Shown: piece after piece, positions 8,670 to 16,679 of the stretch
Position numbering within the stretch: position 1 is the stretch's first letter
How the letters are laid out: the number at the start of each line of letters is the position of its first letter
DNA from: Candidatus Heimdallarchaeota archaeon
Lineage (GTDB): Archaea > Asgardarchaeota > Heimdallarchaeia > Heimdallarchaeales > Kariarchaeaceae
DNA length: 32,000 nucleotides
Assembly (NCBI GenBank): GCA_030149205.1
Contig: JASBSB010000001.1
Location: 510,001 to 542,000, forward strand
Reading direction: 5' to 3'
Notes under the pieces: model-generated
Seen by the model: only the letters and a program-made list of their open reading frames with translations
The model's database searches: none
What the model was told of the DNA's origin: nothing
Translations under genes and position numbers: made by a program

Positions 8670-10646
8670 TTAGAATTTGTTAAGTATGAATTTTGATTCT
8701 TGATAGGCAATTTTCAATGAGTTCACGGTAAAAGTGTTTGAAAGTGTCTGTATCCTTGTATTAACTTGTTTTATGTGAACTGAATTCATTGATGATTGGG
8801 ACTGAGACTTTGGATTCTGTGTAAAGTCAGAAGACTTACTTGTTGGCCAGATATTTGCAAGCTTTGTGAGGTCATTTTTTGCACCTGTGTCCTTGATAAG
8901 CACATTGACATTCCAGTCTCCTCCGGTGTTGAGTGATTTGATGAGGAAGTAGTTAAGCCCAGGAGTTAATGTCACATTGTTAAGTTTACCCCATTTGTTC
9001 CATCCTTTTCTTACATGGTTCTCAACATTGTTTCCATTAACCCAGAGTCTGAAGTGATCAGCACTTTGTACTGAGATTCCTATGGTTACGTCAGACTTTC
9101 CAGGGTTGTTCAAATAGAATCCAACATAAACTATACCTTTGCTATTCCATCCGAGTTGATCCTTACTATCAAATCGTGAATCCTCACCAGTAAAGTCAAT
9201 GTTTCCGATGGTGTTTCCACTGTCCTTATACTTAACAAAGTGGTGGTCTGTTGATCCATCTGTACCATAACCTGTAAATTTATCGTTTGATCCAATTGAA
9301 GGCCTATATGTTGCTTCACTACCATGACCCATTAATTTGATATAATCTTTGTAGATGCTATTGACTGATTTTTTACCATGGTTTATTCTTCCCAACAAGA
9401 AGAATTTGCTTGGGGAATAACCAGGTCCAGGAAAAGTACCAGATGTTGTTCCTGAAGAGTCAGCTGAATTCCTGTAAACCATTGCATTAGGATTGGATGT
9501 TGTCTGAGCGGTTTTAGGTGGACTAACTACCCATCTTGATTGAAGTTGAGATAGATTACCTGAATTTCCAACATCTGTGAAAAGCATTTGGGCATCCCAC
9601 TTATGTTCTTCGGTAACAGATTTTAGCAATAAATAGGTGTATCCTGGATTAAAAGTGTATTTAATGGGAGTGTGCGTCCATTCATTATGATCTGGAACAC
9701 CAGATTTGAGTAAAACACCATTTGCCCAAAGTTTTGCGTTCGATGAAGATTGATAATAAATTCCAACATTTATTGAGGTTTTTGTAGGATTGTAAATGTA
9801 AACTCCAACATAAGCTGTTCCTTCATTATGCCAATTTAAAGGATCTTTATTATCAAAGGATTTCCCTGTAAAATCAATCAGACCAGGATATTTACCTGTG
9901 TCATTGTACGGAACAAATTTATTATTTGTCTCCTCATGATCCTCAACTTTAAATTTGTAGGTGTCATTAACATATGGTCTATAATTTTGTTCGGGAGTAG
10001 TTTTGGTGTTTTTTAAGATGTAATCCTTGTTTAACTTATGCCCGTCAAAAGCTCCAAGAAGGAACACTAATGTGGGGGAATAACCAGGTCCAGGAAAACT
10101 GTCCCTAAATTTAGATGCATCATTGTGTGACGTTCTGTAAACTAAAGGGGCAAATTTATCAACGGGTGTTTTTACAATTTGTGGCAGATACTTTGACTGT
10201 TGCACGGGTACAGTCTTTAGGGGTTGCAACACCGCAGAGCCAGAACCAGAGCTGGTTCCAGTTCCTTTGTATTGAACACTAAGATCTACATTTGTGTTTG
10301 AGGGAACCTCGCTTGAAGAATTACTGGCTTTTGCCACATAGACTGCATTCCCCGTTACAGGGATTGCAGAGTTTGATGTAAAACTCCATGTATATGTTGT
10401 ATTCTTTGTTTTCATCGAAATCGCCGTTGGGGCTACTGGGTTTGTACCTGCATTAAATAAAGTGATCATGGCTTGGTCATATTTCCCATTATGATTTGTA
10501 TCAGAAAATATTGGGTTGGTAGCAGTAAGAGCATTTGAACCCTGTAGTGAGGGGATCACAAGTGACCAAACCAGAGCACCAGCAGCCACAGTTAAACCAA
10601 CAATCATTATCGTTGCAACAATTGGACTGACACTCTTTGTTCTCAT
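8670..10646 (-). CDS. Archaeal type IV pilin-like surface protein with class III signal peptide and two tandem ~220-aa beta-sandwich (PA14/jelly-roll-like) repeats
   Basis: N-terminus MRTKS|VSPIVATIMIVGLTVAAGALVWSLV fits the archaeal pilin N-terminal pattern. Repeat units share VYR.S, FPGPGYSP, FLLG, IDFTG, LW.NG and PG..Y.L.KS. Six N-x-S/T sequons counted. Confidence 0.8.
   Translation of the reverse strand: MRTKSVSPIVATIMIVGLTVAAGALVWSLVIPSLQGSNALTATNPIFSDTNHNGKYDQAMITLFNAGTNPVAPTAISMKTKNTTYTWSFTSNSAIPVTGNAVYVAKASNSSSEVPSNTNVDLSVQYKGTGTSSGSGSAVLQPLKTVPVQQSKYLPQIVKTPVDKFAPLVYRTSHNDASKFRDSFPGPGYSPTLVFLLGAFDGHKLNKDYILKNTKTTPEQNYRPYVNDTYKFKVEDHEETNNKFVPYNDTGKYPGLIDFTGKSFDNKDPLNWHNEGTAYVGVYIYNPTKTSINVGIYYQSSSNAKLWANGVLLKSGVPDHNEWTHTPIKYTFNPGYTYLLLKSVTEEHKWDAQMLFTDVGNSGNLSQLQSRWVVSPPKTAQTTSNPNAMVYRNSADSSGTTSGTFPGPGYSPSKFFLLGRINHGKKSVNSIYKDYIKLMGHGSEATYRPSIGSNDKFTGYGTDGSTDHHFVKYKDSGNTIGNIDFTGEDSRFDSKDQLGWNSKGIVYVGFYLNNPGKSDVTIGISVQSADHFRLWVNGNNVENHVRKGWNKWGKLNNVTLTPGLNYFLIKSLNTGGDWNVNVLIKDTGAKNDLTKLANIWPTSKSSDFTQNPKSQSQSSMNSVHIKQVNTRIQTLSNTFTVNSLKIAYQESKFILNKF
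9412..10098. repeat. Perfect 24-nt direct repeat GGGGAATAACCAGGTCCAGGAAAA at 9412-9435 and 10075-10098
   Basis: Read directly; copies are 663 bp (221 codons) apart and both encode FPGPGYSP. Confidence 0.9.
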
Positions 10647-10792
10647 GTGAATCTATGTATAATCTATGATTATGATATATAAGCTTTATGAATTTTATGC
10701 CCCTAAGTCATTACCCAATTAATATTACCTACGAATTAGACACATTAATTTCATTTTCCCTAAATTTGTTTAAAGAACATAGATAAAGAACC

Positions 10793-11998
10793 TTATAGCA
10801 AGGTTGGTATAAAATTAGGGTGTGTGTAATAAAGGACATTTACCACTGTCTGGATTGCAAAAGCTATCGTATAGAGTAGAAAAGACAAGATGAAAATCTT
10901 ACGGTTACCTGTTGGAACACAAAGAATCATTGGGTAAAGAAAGTATTGAGGGGTGATTTGTTTATTAATTAAAATGAGAAGAAGCACCTGAATTGTAATG
11001 AGATGAATGAGTTTAGGAACAGTTATGGTAGTTCGAGAAAAGGATTTAGACTTCGTATTCAAACCCAATATAAGAGGAGGCACAATTATAACCAATATTT
11101 GAATTACTACAAAAATCCTACTAGGATCGAAATTTATAATTTGGCTTATCCAGTATGCGATACTGTTGTTTAAGGTTGGTTTTAGCAAGAAATATTCAAT
11201 TGAATCCTTGAATCCTATTAGATTAAACATTAACAGCCTAAAAGGATCATATGTTCTAAGTATCAATGAGGAAAAAATTACTAGACTGACGAAAGTAAAA
11301 ATGCATCCAATCAAAGAATCGAATAAGATTCTTACTTTGGCTCTATTAGTTTTTGAATAAATCAATAAATAAACAATAAGCAAAGCTAACACCAGACCAG
11401 TGACATATTTTATGGAGAACCCTAGAGTCAAAAAGTATGTAATACGAACAAGGCGACGATTTGACAATAATTCACTCAGGGATTTAACGAGTAAAAACAA
11501 AAGTAGAACATCAATCCGCGATAGTATTTGAAAAACAATTGGAGGGTAAAAACCTAAGCTAAGTATCATACTGTTAATTAAATTCTGATTATAGAACTTC
11601 ATTTTTCCAGGTTGCAATTGTTTCTTGAGATGTTGTAATTCTCTTATGGTTAAAATATTCCAAGTCAGAGACCCAAGAGAGACCCAAAGTGAGAATTCAA
11701 ACCCGAAAGTCCTCCACAAAATAGTTGGTATGAGTAAATAGATCAAAAATCCTGGTGGCAGGTCTACATTAAATTGGAGGTATGGAAGAAGGCCATGCAA
11801 CATCCAGATTGCATATTGTTTCCAAACTACATTTATATCTGAATAATCCAAAAGTCCATTGAAATTAGAATTTGCAAATATCGTTAAACTCGGTTTAAAA
11901 TTAGATAAGAGTATAACAAATCCTTGAACCAACACCACCAAAACCAAAAAAAGGTTGGAATCAATGAGTCTTTTTAGGGTTAACTTTAGCAACCTCAT
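10793..11998 (-). CDS. Polytopic GT-C fold glycosyltransferase (GT87/DUF2029, PimE-like); start uncertain
   Basis: N-terminal TM, loop with DINV...LPY...DLPPG, RID motif, FSIKY, late TPQY motif, about 10 hydrophobic segments. Start is ATG 11998 or TTG 12025, overlapping the upstream GT4 stop. Confidence 0.65.
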   Translation of the reverse strand: MRLLKLTLKRLIDSNLFLVLVVLVQGFVILLSNFKPSLTIFANSNFNGLLDYSDINVVWKQYAIWMLHGLLPYLQFNVDLPPGFLIYLLIPTILWRTFGFEFSLWVSLGSLTWNILTIRELQHLKKQLQPGKMKFYNQNLINSMILSLGFYPPIVFQILSRIDVLLLFLLVKSLSELLSNRRLVRITYFLTLGFSIKYVTGLVLALLIVYLLIYSKTNRAKVRILFDSLIGCIFTFVSLVIFSSLILRTYDPFRLLMFNLIGFKDSIEYFLLKPTLNNSIAYWISQIINFDPSRIFVVIQILVIIVPPLILGLNTKSKSFSRTTITVPKLIHLITIQVLLLILINKQITPQYFLYPMILCVPTGNRKIFILSFLLYTIAFAIQTVVNVLYYTHPNFIPTLL

Positions 11999-13118
11999 CA
12001 GCCCATATTCTTTTGAATTTTTCAAAATTGTGATATTCAGAGATCTTGAGTGCTTCGTTTTTCATTTTTGTGAGTTGCTCAGGTTTCTCAAGTATCTCTT
12101 CAATTTTTCCCGTAATTTCTGCCACGTCGGTTATATTAGTGATAGGTATTGTATTGTGTTCAGACAGACCTGGTTCTTTGAATCTCCCATTAACTACGGG
12201 TACAACGCCATAATGCATAGCTTCTACAACCGTGAAACATAAAGTTTCATGAAATGTCGGAGTAACCATTATATCCGCAACTTTGTAAGCATAAGGTAAC
12301 ATTTCATCTGGGAGTCTTCCTGTCAGTTTAATCTTTAATTTTTCCCTTTGCACTCGCTTTTGAACAGATTTAAATCTGTAACCGGTTCCAACCATCACGC
12401 ATGTGATTCCAGGTTTAGATTGAAAATAGGCCATAACATCAATTATTGTTAATATGTTTTTTTCATTCGTAAATCGCCCTAAGTACAATAAAACTTTATC
12501 AGATTTTGAAATCTCTAATTCGTTTTTAAAATTCTGCAAAACTTGAGAATTAATATCTTGTACCTTATAAGCGAAAGGAACAACAAAAATTTGATCTGGT
12601 TTCACATGAAACCTTAGAGTTTTAGCGTAAAATTTTCTTGTGGCGATTCCAAACCTTTGCATATTCATTGTCATCCTAGTGAAGGACCTCATAAAGAACG
12701 CGGTGACTAGTCTTGGTAACTTAAAAACGAGCTCTGCTAATTCAAATTCATCATGGTGAATAAATTGATACATAGGCTTGTGGAATACCTTATTAATTAA
12801 TTGTGCATAAACAGTGGTAAAGCTTAGTGAGTTTACAATTAACAGGTCACTCATATACATGGTTTTTACAAGTTCAAAGGAGGGGTAAGTCGGAAAGTAA
12901 TCTTTGATGACAACGGGAAAATAAGGTAATCGAACCAATCGAACTCCAACTGGCGCTTTAGCCTTTCCTGGATACAATTTTTTTGGAGCTTTAGGAGCCA
13001 CAATTGTCACTTCGTGTCCTGTCTGAGCCAAAGCCCTTGCAAGTAAATCAACAAATCTAACTACTCCATCCACAATCGGAAAGTATGTGTCAGTGATCAA
13101 GACTATATTCACAGTCAT
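11961..13118 (-). CDS. GT4 (GT-B) glycosyltransferase resembling 1,2-diacylglycerol 3-alpha-glucosyltransferase (MGS/LafA/BgsB type)
   Basis: N-terminal ITDTYFPIVDGV...LAQTGHEVTIVAP; LYLGRFTNEKN; ETLCFTVVEAM (E-x7-E). Confidence 0.8.
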   Translation of the reverse strand: MTVNIVLITDTYFPIVDGVVRFVDLLARALAQTGHEVTIVAPKAPKKLYPGKAKAPVGVRLVRLPYFPVVIKDYFPTYPSFELVKTMYMSDLLIVNSLSFTTVYAQLINKVFHKPMYQFIHHDEFELAELVFKLPRLVTAFFMRSFTRMTMNMQRFGIATRKFYAKTLRFHVKPDQIFVVPFAYKVQDINSQVLQNFKNELEISKSDKVLLYLGRFTNEKNILTIIDVMAYFQSKPGITCVMVGTGYRFKSVQKRVQREKLKIKLTGRLPDEMLPYAYKVADIMVTPTFHETLCFTVVEAMHYGVVPVVNGRFKEPGLSEHNTIPITNITDVAEITGKIEEILEKPEQLTKMKNEALKISEYHNFEKFKRIWADEVAKVNPKKTH

Positions 13119-13269
13119 TCATAGATTTGAGCAGAGAATAAAGATTTTAGTGTGTAAAACATTAGTTTACCTTAAATTCGATTTAAAATTGAGAAACAGA
13201 ATATAATTTTTCACATAAATTTTGATGACTTGAGATTAACTAATTAACTTATCAAATAACGACAAGTCA

Positions 13270-14304
13270 TTGAAAATCAATATAGTTGGTGCTGGAGAAG
13301 AGGGGAAAAAATCTCACTACGGAGGAATTGAAGTAGCCCCAAAAAGGTTGGCTCAAACTTTAAGGGAGTTGGGACATGAAGTTGACTATAATGGAAAACG
13401 TAAATTGAGCTATTATGATATAATTGATATACATTTTGGCTTTAACCTTAGATTTCTTAACCGAGCCAAAAAAGAGGCAGCCGTAGTTGTTCATGTACAT
13501 AGCATTCCTGAGGATATGGTTGGGGGAATTATAGGTTTTAGAATTATCTCTCCCATTGTCTCATGGTATCTGAAAAAATTTTACCAGTCAGCACCATTTC
13601 TAATTCCAGTATCTAAATTTTGTAATGACAAAGTCAAGGAGAGAGGGATTTTAACACCAAGTGAACCGATTAGTAATGGGGTGCCTTTAAACAAATTCCA
13701 CCCAGCACTCCCTTCAGATAAAATCAAAGCAAGAAAAGCTCTCTGTCAGAAATATAATCTAGATACAGACAAGCCTATAATTGGAGGTATTGGCTCTCTT
13801 ATGCCAAGAAAGGGAGTGAAAGATTTTAAGCGCTTAGCACAAAAATTTCCAGAGTACCAGTTCTTATGGGTGGGGAAAACCCAGCCAGTATATCCTAGGT
13901 TCATGTTTAATTTACATCTAGGTAAAGTCCCTAAAAACATGATACTAACTGGATTCATAGAGGATATACATCACTTTTATCATGGTATAGATCTTCTCTT
14001 AGTTCCAACCTTTGTAGAAACACAAGGAATTCCACCAATAGAGGGAGCTGCGACAAAAACCCCTCTACTTATAAGAAACATTCCAGTCTTTGACTGGCTA
14101 GAGGATCGTGAGAACTGTTATAAAGCGAATGACTTGCAGGGCTTCGTTGAACTCCTTCCTCAGGCAGTCAATGCTTATCCAGAGGCTTATCTACTTTCCG
14201 CATTAGAAGATGTTAAGCAACATGACATCACCTTAACAACCCAAGAACACTTAAAGATTTATCAACAGGTTATCAACAACTTTAAAGAGCATCAAACAGC
14301 TTGA
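13270..14304 (+). CDS. GT4 glycosyltransferase resembling the second-step glycolipid synthases (DGS/CpoA/LafB/BgsA type); TTG start
   Basis: HVHSIPEDM.G, YLKKFY, ISNGV, PRKGVKDF..LA..FP...F.WVG, ETQGIPPIEGAA, LIRNIPVFDWLEDRENCYKA. Confidence 0.78.
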   Translation: MKINIVGAGEEGKKSHYGGIEVAPKRLAQTLRELGHEVDYNGKRKLSYYDIIDIHFGFNLRFLNRAKKEAAVVVHVHSIPEDMVGGIIGFRIISPIVSWYLKKFYQSAPFLIPVSKFCNDKVKERGILTPSEPISNGVPLNKFHPALPSDKIKARKALCQKYNLDTDKPIIGGIGSLMPRKGVKDFKRLAQKFPEYQFLWVGKTQPVYPRFMFNLHLGKVPKNMILTGFIEDIHHFYHGIDLLLVPTFVETQGIPPIEGAATKTPLLIRNIPVFDWLEDRENCYKANDLQGFVELLPQAVNAYPEAYLLSALEDVKQHDITLTTQEHLKIYQQVINNFKEHQTA

Positions 14305-14317
14305 AATTGTTCAGCCT

Positions 14318-15142
14318 ATGGTAGATGAAATAGATGATGTCAGATCACAATTTGAATTGCGAATCCAGCAATGGCCCCCAAAATACAAAAACGGTGTGGT
14401 TGGTACCCGGGCAAATCTATTTTACTTTAACACAAAGAAATTTTTACAATCGATTGGAAGGTTAATTTATAGAACAAAATACGAAAACGAACTTGTATTA
14501 AAGAGAATGGAAGAAAGAAAGAAAGGATTCATTTTTATAGCAAATCATACTTCTGGGTTTGACCCTGTTTTTGTGATCGGTAAGTTTGAGGGAAAAATGT
14601 ATATTTTAGCTTTAGATAACCCTATGTTTGATTATAGCTTAATTCGTAATTTTATGACATCAGTAGGTATCATCCCAGTGGCTTGGAGAGGTAATAATCA
14701 AACCCTATCTGTTTCATACAATATATTACAGAAAGATTATGCTTTAATTGTACTTCCTGAGGCCAATTTCGTTCATTCAAGACGAAGAATTTTTGGAAAG
14801 ACTGGGTTTGCAGTACTTGCTGCAATGACAGGGAAAGCTGTTTTACCAGTTGGAATTAAAGGTGTTGATTATAGAATCTTTAATGAACTTGGTCCTCACT
14901 TAAACAAAAAAGTCAATGTTAATTATGCTCTTCCCCGTATTGTGAAAGATGAATTTAGAATTAAGAGGGGGGAAAAATTATCCGAAGAGGTTGCTAAAGG
15001 CATTACAGATGAATTAATGCTCGAGATGAGAAAAGCTTCTAACTACGCGGGATTACGATGGGAGGATGCTAAGACAGTCTTTAAACATTACAATTCCATT
15101 GAAAAGAACAAATATACGGAAATCCTACCAGAATTTCAATAA
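14318..15142 (+). CDS. PlsC-like lysophospholipid acyltransferase (LPLAT superfamily)
   Basis: Block I IANHTSGFD (NHx4D), GIIPV, block III LPEA (FPEG-like), KTGFAVLA, block IV VLPVGIKG. Starts 13 nt after the GT4 stop. Confidence 0.85.
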   Translation: MVDEIDDVRSQFELRIQQWPPKYKNGVVGTRANLFYFNTKKFLQSIGRLIYRTKYENELVLKRMEERKKGFIFIANHTSGFDPVFVIGKFEGKMYILALDNPMFDYSLIRNFMTSVGIIPVAWRGNNQTLSVSYNILQKDYALIVLPEANFVHSRRRIFGKTGFAVLAAMTGKAVLPVGIKGVDYRIFNELGPHLNKKVNVNYALPRIVKDEFRIKRGEKLSEEVAKGITDELMLEMRKASNYAGLRWEDAKTVFKHYNSIEKNKYTEILPEFQ

Positions 15143-15222
15143 GGCCAATTTAACAGTCATAATGAGAAAATTTCATTATAATTTATGATAGACTTCTTAT
15201 TGAATTCTATTTATTATGTTTC

Positions 15223-15999
15223 ATGGAATTAGTAGAGCTTAAAATTGATAAGGATGTTGCACTGATTACAATAAATCGAGAGAAGGCTCTTAACGCTTTA
15301 AACTCTGAGGTTTTAAACCAGTTAGAACGAGTTATTGCTCAAATTGAACAAACTACATCTATTAGGGTGGTAATCCTAACAGGAGCAGGTTCTAAAGCCT
15401 TTGTTGCAGGTGCAGATATTTCAGAGATGGTCAAATTTACACCAATTCAAGCAAGAAGATTCTTAAAAACGGGTCAGAAGGTTCTGCAAAGGTTAAGTAA
15501 ATTAACCCCCGTCACAATCGCGAAAATTAACGGATTTGCACTTGGTGGTGGTTTAGAATTGGCTCTTGCATGCGACCTGAGGTTTGCTGCAACCACAGCG
15601 AAGTTAGGATTACCCGAGGTCACTTTAGGATTAATCCCCAGTTTTGGAGGCACTCAAAGGATCACAAAAATATTGGGCCCTTCACTTGCAAAGCAAATTG
15701 TATTATTTGGAGAAATGGTCAGCGCCCAGAGAGCAAAAGATCTGGGAATAGTAATGGATATAGGAGAAAGTGCAAATTTAGATCTTTTAGTTGAGAAATA
15801 CGTGCAAAAATTACTTAAATTACCACCAGTTGCGATAGATGCTGCTAAAATATCGATTGACGCTGCATCTTACCTAGATTTGGAAACTGGTCAGGAACTT
15901 GAGGTAAACCTGGCTGCAAATTGCTTTTCAACAGAGGATCTTAAAGAAGGGATGAATGCTTTTCTTGAGAAAAGAGCTGCAACCTTTAAAGGAAATTAG
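15223..15999 (+). CDS. Enoyl-CoA hydratase / crotonase
   Basis: INREKALNALN, AFVAGADISEM, GFALGGGLELALACD (first catalytic Glu), GLPEVTLGLIP.FGGTQR (second catalytic Glu), EGMNAFLEKR. Confidence 0.95.
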   Translation: MELVELKIDKDVALITINREKALNALNSEVLNQLERVIAQIEQTTSIRVVILTGAGSKAFVAGADISEMVKFTPIQARRFLKTGQKVLQRLSKLTPVTIAKINGFALGGGLELALACDLRFAATTAKLGLPEVTLGLIPSFGGTQRITKILGPSLAKQIVLFGEMVSAQRAKDLGIVMDIGESANLDLLVEKYVQKLLKLPPVAIDAAKISIDAASYLDLETGQELEVNLAANCFSTEDLKEGMNAFLEKRAATFKGN

Positions 16000-16639
16000 G
16001 ATTCTCTAATGAAAGATTAATTTGTTTTAACATATTTTCAATTTTTAATTTTAAAGGATTGGAAGCTTGAAAATCTTGTGTTGTTAAGAGATATTCAATT
16101 TGCTCTCCTAAAGAAAGTATCACATCTCTTGGTGTATATTTAATGTCTGAAAAATTATAGTCACGAAATATGTCTTGACCTAAATTTGATATAACAGAAG
16201 AGAGAAACACATTCATCTCATCTAACAACGATTCTAAAGTTGTTGAAACAATAATAGGGATATCTATGACCCCCTGTTTTCTATTATCAAATGCCATCAG
16301 AGTTAGCTCGATTGATTGTTTCATTTTAGAAATTTTAAACCCACGAAAAATGATCGTGTTTAAAGATTCGGGACAGTCACAATCACTTTTCAGGTGAGAG
16401 CGAGCTAGATCGAGTAATGAGTTCACTTGTCTATCAAATTGGTTTTGGTTGGAGAGTTCAAATTCAAGTTCTAAATTTTCTAGATATTCCTGCCATAATC
16501 CAAATTGAACACATTTGCTACTCGAAATCTTTACTGGCACCAGTTGTACAATTTGTTCACCCTCGGGTGATGAAAGTAGCAAGTAAAGTGACTTTCTTTC
16601 CTCAAATATCTCTCCATTTATTTCAGACCTCTCATTCAC
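15986..16639 (-). CDS. Hypothetical soluble protein
   Basis: 217-aa ORF with GTG start directly downstream of EamA on the same strand; protein-like composition; no family recognised. Confidence 0.6.
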   Translation of the reverse strand: MNERSEINGEIFEERKSLYLLLSSPEGEQIVQLVPVKISSSKCVQFGLWQEYLENLELEFELSNQNQFDRQVNSLLDLARSHLKSDCDCPESLNTIIFRGFKISKMKQSIELTLMAFDNRKQGVIDIPIIVSTTLESLLDEMNVFLSSVISNLGQDIFRDYNFSDIKYTPRDVILSLGEQIEYLLTTQDFQASNPLKLKIENMLKQINLSLENPNFL

Positions 16640-16679
16640 CTTAAATATGAGTATTCAACTATCTTTTTCAATATTCGTA

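Noticed and set aside
13225-13270. 8-bp inverted repeat ATGACTTG/CAAGTCAT abutting the TTG start of the second GT4
   Set aside because: The 30-nt AT-rich spacer and short arms give a weak stem, and the left arm may lie upstream of the TSS; not distinguishable from chance.
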